From the NCBI GenBank assembly GCA_963719515.1, contig CAVRCJ010000010.1, positions 832,001-896,000 of the forward strand: DNA of 64,000 nucleotides, given 5' to 3'. Numbering within the stretch: the first letter of the stretch is position 1; each line of letters begins with the position of its first letter. The translations under genes and the position numbers were made by a program. The notes beneath the pieces are model-generated. The model saw nothing but the letters and a program-made list of their open reading frames with translations, ran no database searches and was not told the origin of the DNA. Shown here piece after piece: positions 60,623 to 64,000 of the stretch. The stretch comes from an uncultured cyanobacterium. Its GTDB lineage: Bacteria > Cyanobacteriota > Cyanobacteriia > CAKZMO01.

Positions 60623-62041
60623 CTAGTTCGTGAAAGCCCCGCGCTGTACTCGGAGAGTCAGCGTCGGGATGTAAGCGAGCGAGTCACAGACGAGCATTTC
60701 TAGGGAGTAGCACTGCCCTTCCTAGAAATGCTACAATTGAGGTATGTTGACCTTGAACTACTCCTACCGAATTTATCCGTCTCTTGAGCAGGAAGCCCGC
60801 ATGGTCTGTTGGCTTGAGGTTTGTCGCGGCATCTATAACTATGCGCTGCGTGAACGCAAGGACTGGATAAAGTCGAGAAGCTGCGTAGCTAATACCTGCT
60901 CGCTTCAATCGGAGTACATCATTGCGGCAAACGCGCCATATCCCGGTTACTACGACCAAAAGCGATCGCTGACGGCTGCTAAGAGAGTGCTTCCCCACCT
61001 GAAAGAAGTGCAGTCGCAGGTTCTTCAAGACGTTATAGGGCGGGTAGAAGCAGCGTTTGCGGCTAGGAAGGAGAGAGGCCACGGTTTCCCGCGCTTCAAG
61101 AAGTTTGGGCAGTACCGCTCGTTCCTCTTTCCGCAGTTCAAGGAAAACCCGGTGACGGGCAGCCAAATCAAGTTGCCTAAGCTGGGCACGATGGGCATCG
61201 TTCTGCACCGACCTATCCCTGATGGATTCAAAGTAAAGACGGTGCGCGTCATCAAAAAGCATTCGGGGTGGTACGCTACCGCGAGTATTCAAGCCGATGT
61301 CAATGTGCCTGATGTCGTTCCCGCTGGGCATAGCATCGGCATTGACGTCGGGCTCGAGTATTTCCTGTCCACTTCCAACGGCTTGCAGGTAGAGCGCCCG
61401 CGCTTTTTCGGTAAGCTGCAACGCAAGCTTAAATTGCTGCAACGCAGACTGAAGAATAAGCAGCGGGGCTCGAATAACCGCGCCAAGCTGATTGGAAGGA
61501 TTGGACGGGTACATGAGCAGATAGCAGCATGTCGCCTTGACTGGCAATTCAAGCTGGCCCACAAGCTTTGTGACCAGGCCCAGATCATCTTCGTGGAAGA
61601 TCTTGACTTTCGCGTCATGGCGAAAGGGATGCTGGGTAAACACACACTCGATGCTGGTCTGGGGCAATTCGTGAACCAGGTCTTGCCGTGGGTGTGCTTC
61701 AAGCGCGGTGTCTATTACGAAAAGGTTGACCCCTACGGCACCTCTCAGGAATGTCCTGATTGCGGCGCTGCTGTCAAAAAGTCCATAGGCGATCGCGTTC
61801 ATCATTGTGGTGAGTGTGGGTCTGTGAAGCCGAGAGATATTGCCGCTGCTCAAGTCATCAACGCCCGTGGAATTTCGGGTATTCAAATTGCCTGTGGAGT
61901 CGAGGTAGCGGGGATGTGGGAAACCATATCTAGCCAACTGGCTGCGAAGCAGGAAACTCATCGGGTGACCGATGAAGCCCGCGCTCTATCCGTAGGATGT
62001 TCGCAAAGCGCTTCCGCAGGAAGAACGTCGGGAGTATTCAC
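60623..62041 (+). mobile_element. IS200/IS605-family element carrying only tnpB (IS1341-like organisation)
   Basis: Follows TTTAG (60618-60622); left-end hairpin GCCCCGCGCTG...CAGCGTCGGG; right end GAAGCCCGCGCTCTA...CGTCGGGAGTATTCAC; no tnpA inside. Confidence 0.88.
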
Positions 62042-62111
62042 TGACGAAGGGCTTTGCCCTATCCCTCACTGGCCTCGGCTAGGCTGTACCCTAGCCTGTA
62101 TACCCCTCTAA
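60744..62111 (+). CDS. tnpB: RNA-guided endonuclease TnpB
   Basis: YSYRIYP N-terminus, GFPRFKK, RuvC D/E/D (GIDVG, VEDL, PRDIAAA) and zinc finger CPDC/CGEC. Confidence 0.95.
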   Translation: MLTLNYSYRIYPSLEQEARMVCWLEVCRGIYNYALRERKDWIKSRSCVANTCSLQSEYIIAANAPYPGYYDQKRSLTAAKRVLPHLKEVQSQVLQDVIGRVEAAFAARKERGHGFPRFKKFGQYRSFLFPQFKENPVTGSQIKLPKLGTMGIVLHRPIPDGFKVKTVRVIKKHSGWYATASIQADVNVPDVVPAGHSIGIDVGLEYFLSTSNGLQVERPRFFGKLQRKLKLLQRRLKNKQRGSNNRAKLIGRIGRVHEQIAACRLDWQFKLAHKLCDQAQIIFVEDLDFRVMAKGMLGKHTLDAGLGQFVNQVLPWVCFKRGVYYEKVDPYGTSQECPDCGAAVKKSIGDRVHHCGECGSVKPRDIAAAQVINARGISGIQIACGVEVAGMWETISSQLAAKQETHRVTDEARALSVGCSQSASAGRTSGVFTDEGLCPIPHWPRLGCTLACIPL

Positions 62112-62123
62112 CTTGACTTACTC

Positions 62124-63407
62124 GTGCAGCGACGTCTCCTTACCCTTTTACTTAGCCCAGTCGTGCTGCTAGCCGCCTGCGATGGCCGACCCCTCCAAGA
62201 CGCTCTTCAGACAGACCCTAATCTGCGGCCTGAGACGAGCGCAGAGCCTCCTAGGCCTGCCGCCACCTGCAGCGAGATCGCGCGATCGCGGCTGCCTGAA
62301 GCGTTTCCCAGCGGTTTTTGCTACCCTGAGGCCGATCTACTTCAGGTAACGGAATCGACTCTGGACAACGGCACCGCCATTGAGGCCCGCTGGTCTACTG
62401 AGGATGACGCCGAGCAGGTGCAATCGTTCTACCGTGAGGCGTTTGAGCAGGAGAATTGGGAGGTCACGACCTCTACCGATGTCTCGGCTACAGCACCGAT
62501 AGAGGCCGTCAAAGACGGGGTACGGGTGGCGATCGCCATTCCGGCGGGACAGTCCGAAGGAGCGGGTGCAGCCTCATTTACGGTGAGCTACCGTCCTTCG
62601 CAAACGGCGCAGGTTGACGAGGAGCCGGTGGTGGCTACAGCGCCAGCGGCTGAGGGTGCCGAGGGCAATGCCAGCGAGACGTCAGCAGACGAACCTGCCT
62701 CAAGCGCTGGCGCAGCGCGATCGTTCACGGATGCTGACGACGCCCCGGAAGAGCTTCGAGACTACGTTCGCGACTTAGCCTCCCTTGGAGTTCTAGACGC
62801 TGCCGAAGGAAACCAGTTTCAACCCAATGAACCCGTGACGCGGCGCACCTTTGCCCGGTGGCTCTTCAACGCTAACAACCGCCTCTATACCGAGCCTTCA
62901 AAGCGCATCCGCATTGCCTCCGGTAGCGACGCCGTGTTTCAAGACGTCCCCCAGAGTAACCCCGACTTTGGCAAGATTCAGGGTCTTGCGGATGCGGGTC
63001 TGGTGCCTAGTGCTCTGTCGGGAGCCACTGCAGTCAGCTTTCGGCCCGACGCCCCGATGACGCGGGAGACTTTGGTGCAGTGGAAGGTGCCGCTGGACCT
63101 ACGGCAGTCTTTACCCAACGCGACCCTAGACGCGGTGCAGCAGGCCTGGGGCTTTCAGGATGCGGCCAAAATTGAGCCAAAGGCGCTGCAGGCTGTATTG
63201 GCAGATTATGCCAACGGCGACCAATCTAATATCCGCCGCGCTTTTGGGTTCACGACGCTGTTTCAGCCCAAGAAACCCGTTACTCGCGCTGAGGCGGCGG
63301 CGGTGCTGTGGCATTTTGGCTATCAGGGGGAGGGGCGATCGGCGGGGGATGTGCTGCAGGGGGCGGGGGAGGAGGCCGAGACGGAGCCGGAAACCTCGGA
63401 GGGGTAG
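62124..63407 (+). CDS. S-layer-homology (SLH) domain lipoprotein
   Basis: Lipobox LAAC; SLH motifs FQPNEPVTRR, FRPDAPMTRE and FQPKKPVTRAEAA. Confidence 0.85.
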   Translation: MQRRLLTLLLSPVVLLAACDGRPLQDALQTDPNLRPETSAEPPRPAATCSEIARSRLPEAFPSGFCYPEADLLQVTESTLDNGTAIEARWSTEDDAEQVQSFYREAFEQENWEVTTSTDVSATAPIEAVKDGVRVAIAIPAGQSEGAGAASFTVSYRPSQTAQVDEEPVVATAPAAEGAEGNASETSADEPASSAGAARSFTDADDAPEELRDYVRDLASLGVLDAAEGNQFQPNEPVTRRTFARWLFNANNRLYTEPSKRIRIASGSDAVFQDVPQSNPDFGKIQGLADAGLVPSALSGATAVSFRPDAPMTRETLVQWKVPLDLRQSLPNATLDAVQQAWGFQDAAKIEPKALQAVLADYANGDQSNIRRAFGFTTLFQPKKPVTRAEAAAVLWHFGYQGEGRSAGDVLQGAGEEAETEPETSEG

Positions 63408-63687
63408 GAGCCTAATCCGGCAGTGGGATAAACTCCGTCTCCTCCGGCACCTGACCAAACTTCCGGATAAAGGATCGGGGAAAGAGCTTTTACAGGCGAT
63501 CGCTTACCGTGTTCACCGCTCCTGGGTAGATTTCCTGAACGCTGCCAACGCTATCGACTTAAGAGCGTCCGATCTTAGATCGGCTGAGAGCGGTGAATTT
63601 CACCGCTACCTTTAGGCGCGATCGCCGTTGGCCCGCTCACCCCAAGCGCGCTTGTAGAACTCCCCTAATGGTGAAGAGCCACAAACC

Positions 63688-64000
63688 CTACCGCATCGTG
63701 ACGAACTCTTCCGCCGAGCTGGGGTGGATGCCTACCGTCGCGTCAAAATCCGCCTTCGTCGCCCCCATCTTCACCGCGATCGCCACCCCTTGAATAATCT
63801 CAGCGGCGTGGTCCCCCACCATATGGGCGCCCAAGACCCGCTCGCTGTCGTTTTGGTTGACGATTAGCTTCATCAGGGTCTTCTCGTCCTTGTTGGGCAG
63901 GGTGTAGTACATGGCGCGGAAGCGAGATCGATACACCTTAATGGCATCGCCGTACTCTTCGCGAGCCTCTGCCTCAGTAAGGCCCACCGTCGCGGCCTCC
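63688..64000 (-). CDS. gor: Glutathione-disulfide reductase, C-terminal fragment (gene continues beyond the window)
   Basis: [41 protein letters not shown]. Confidence 0.9.
   Translation of the reverse strand, partial: EAATVGLTEAEAREEYGDAIKVYRSRFRAMYYTLPNKDEKTLMKLIVNQNDSERVLGAHMVGDHAAEIIQGVAIAVKMGATKADFDATVGIHPSSAEEFVTMR

Noticed and set aside
60684..61961. 425-aa minus-strand ORF
   Set aside because: Antisense shadow of tnpB with no tnpA (HUH/Y1) motifs.
63512..63608. Inverted repeat TTCACCGCTC...GAGCGGTGAA between the SLH gene and gor
   Set aside because: Single short inverted repeat between convergent genes with no clear target duplication; not enough to call a MITE or ncRNA.

Overview
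Cyanobacterial chromosome segment (dense HIP1 GCGATCGC octamers, psbZ, crtW, cruA-like and HLIP genes, and the rplS-tRNA-Trp-secE-nusG-rplKAJL cluster). Most of it is housekeeping or metabolic: groEL with CIRCE, a CuA-less heme-copper oxidase operon, selD-selU, ribH, lpdA, trpC, mntCAB, glmU and obgE. The most notable locus is an accessory island at about 15.0-21.1 kb. There a CHAT(caspase-like)-TIR gene ends on an A_AAA_AAG slippery heptamer with an upstream GGAG and a downstream 10-bp stem-loop, and the -1 frame leads directly into a STAND-like ATPase ORF with no good start of its own. This suggests a programmed -1 frameshift making both CHAT-TIR and CHAT-TIR-ATPase. The island also holds a second, repeat-rich and frameshift-riddled ATPase, a PIN toxin-antitoxin pair and a small gene with a highly structured leader. 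The window further carries one IS200/IS605-family tnpB element and three tnpB-less mini-elements that keep both ends, a promoter and an omegaRNA-like tail, all inserted after TTTAG. Other points of interest are an MnxG-like multicopper oxidase followed by an unknown 758-aa protein, and a TIR-FGE-sulfatase gene whose 3' end looks like a DGR variable region. All calls come from reading motifs by eye; no database searches were run.
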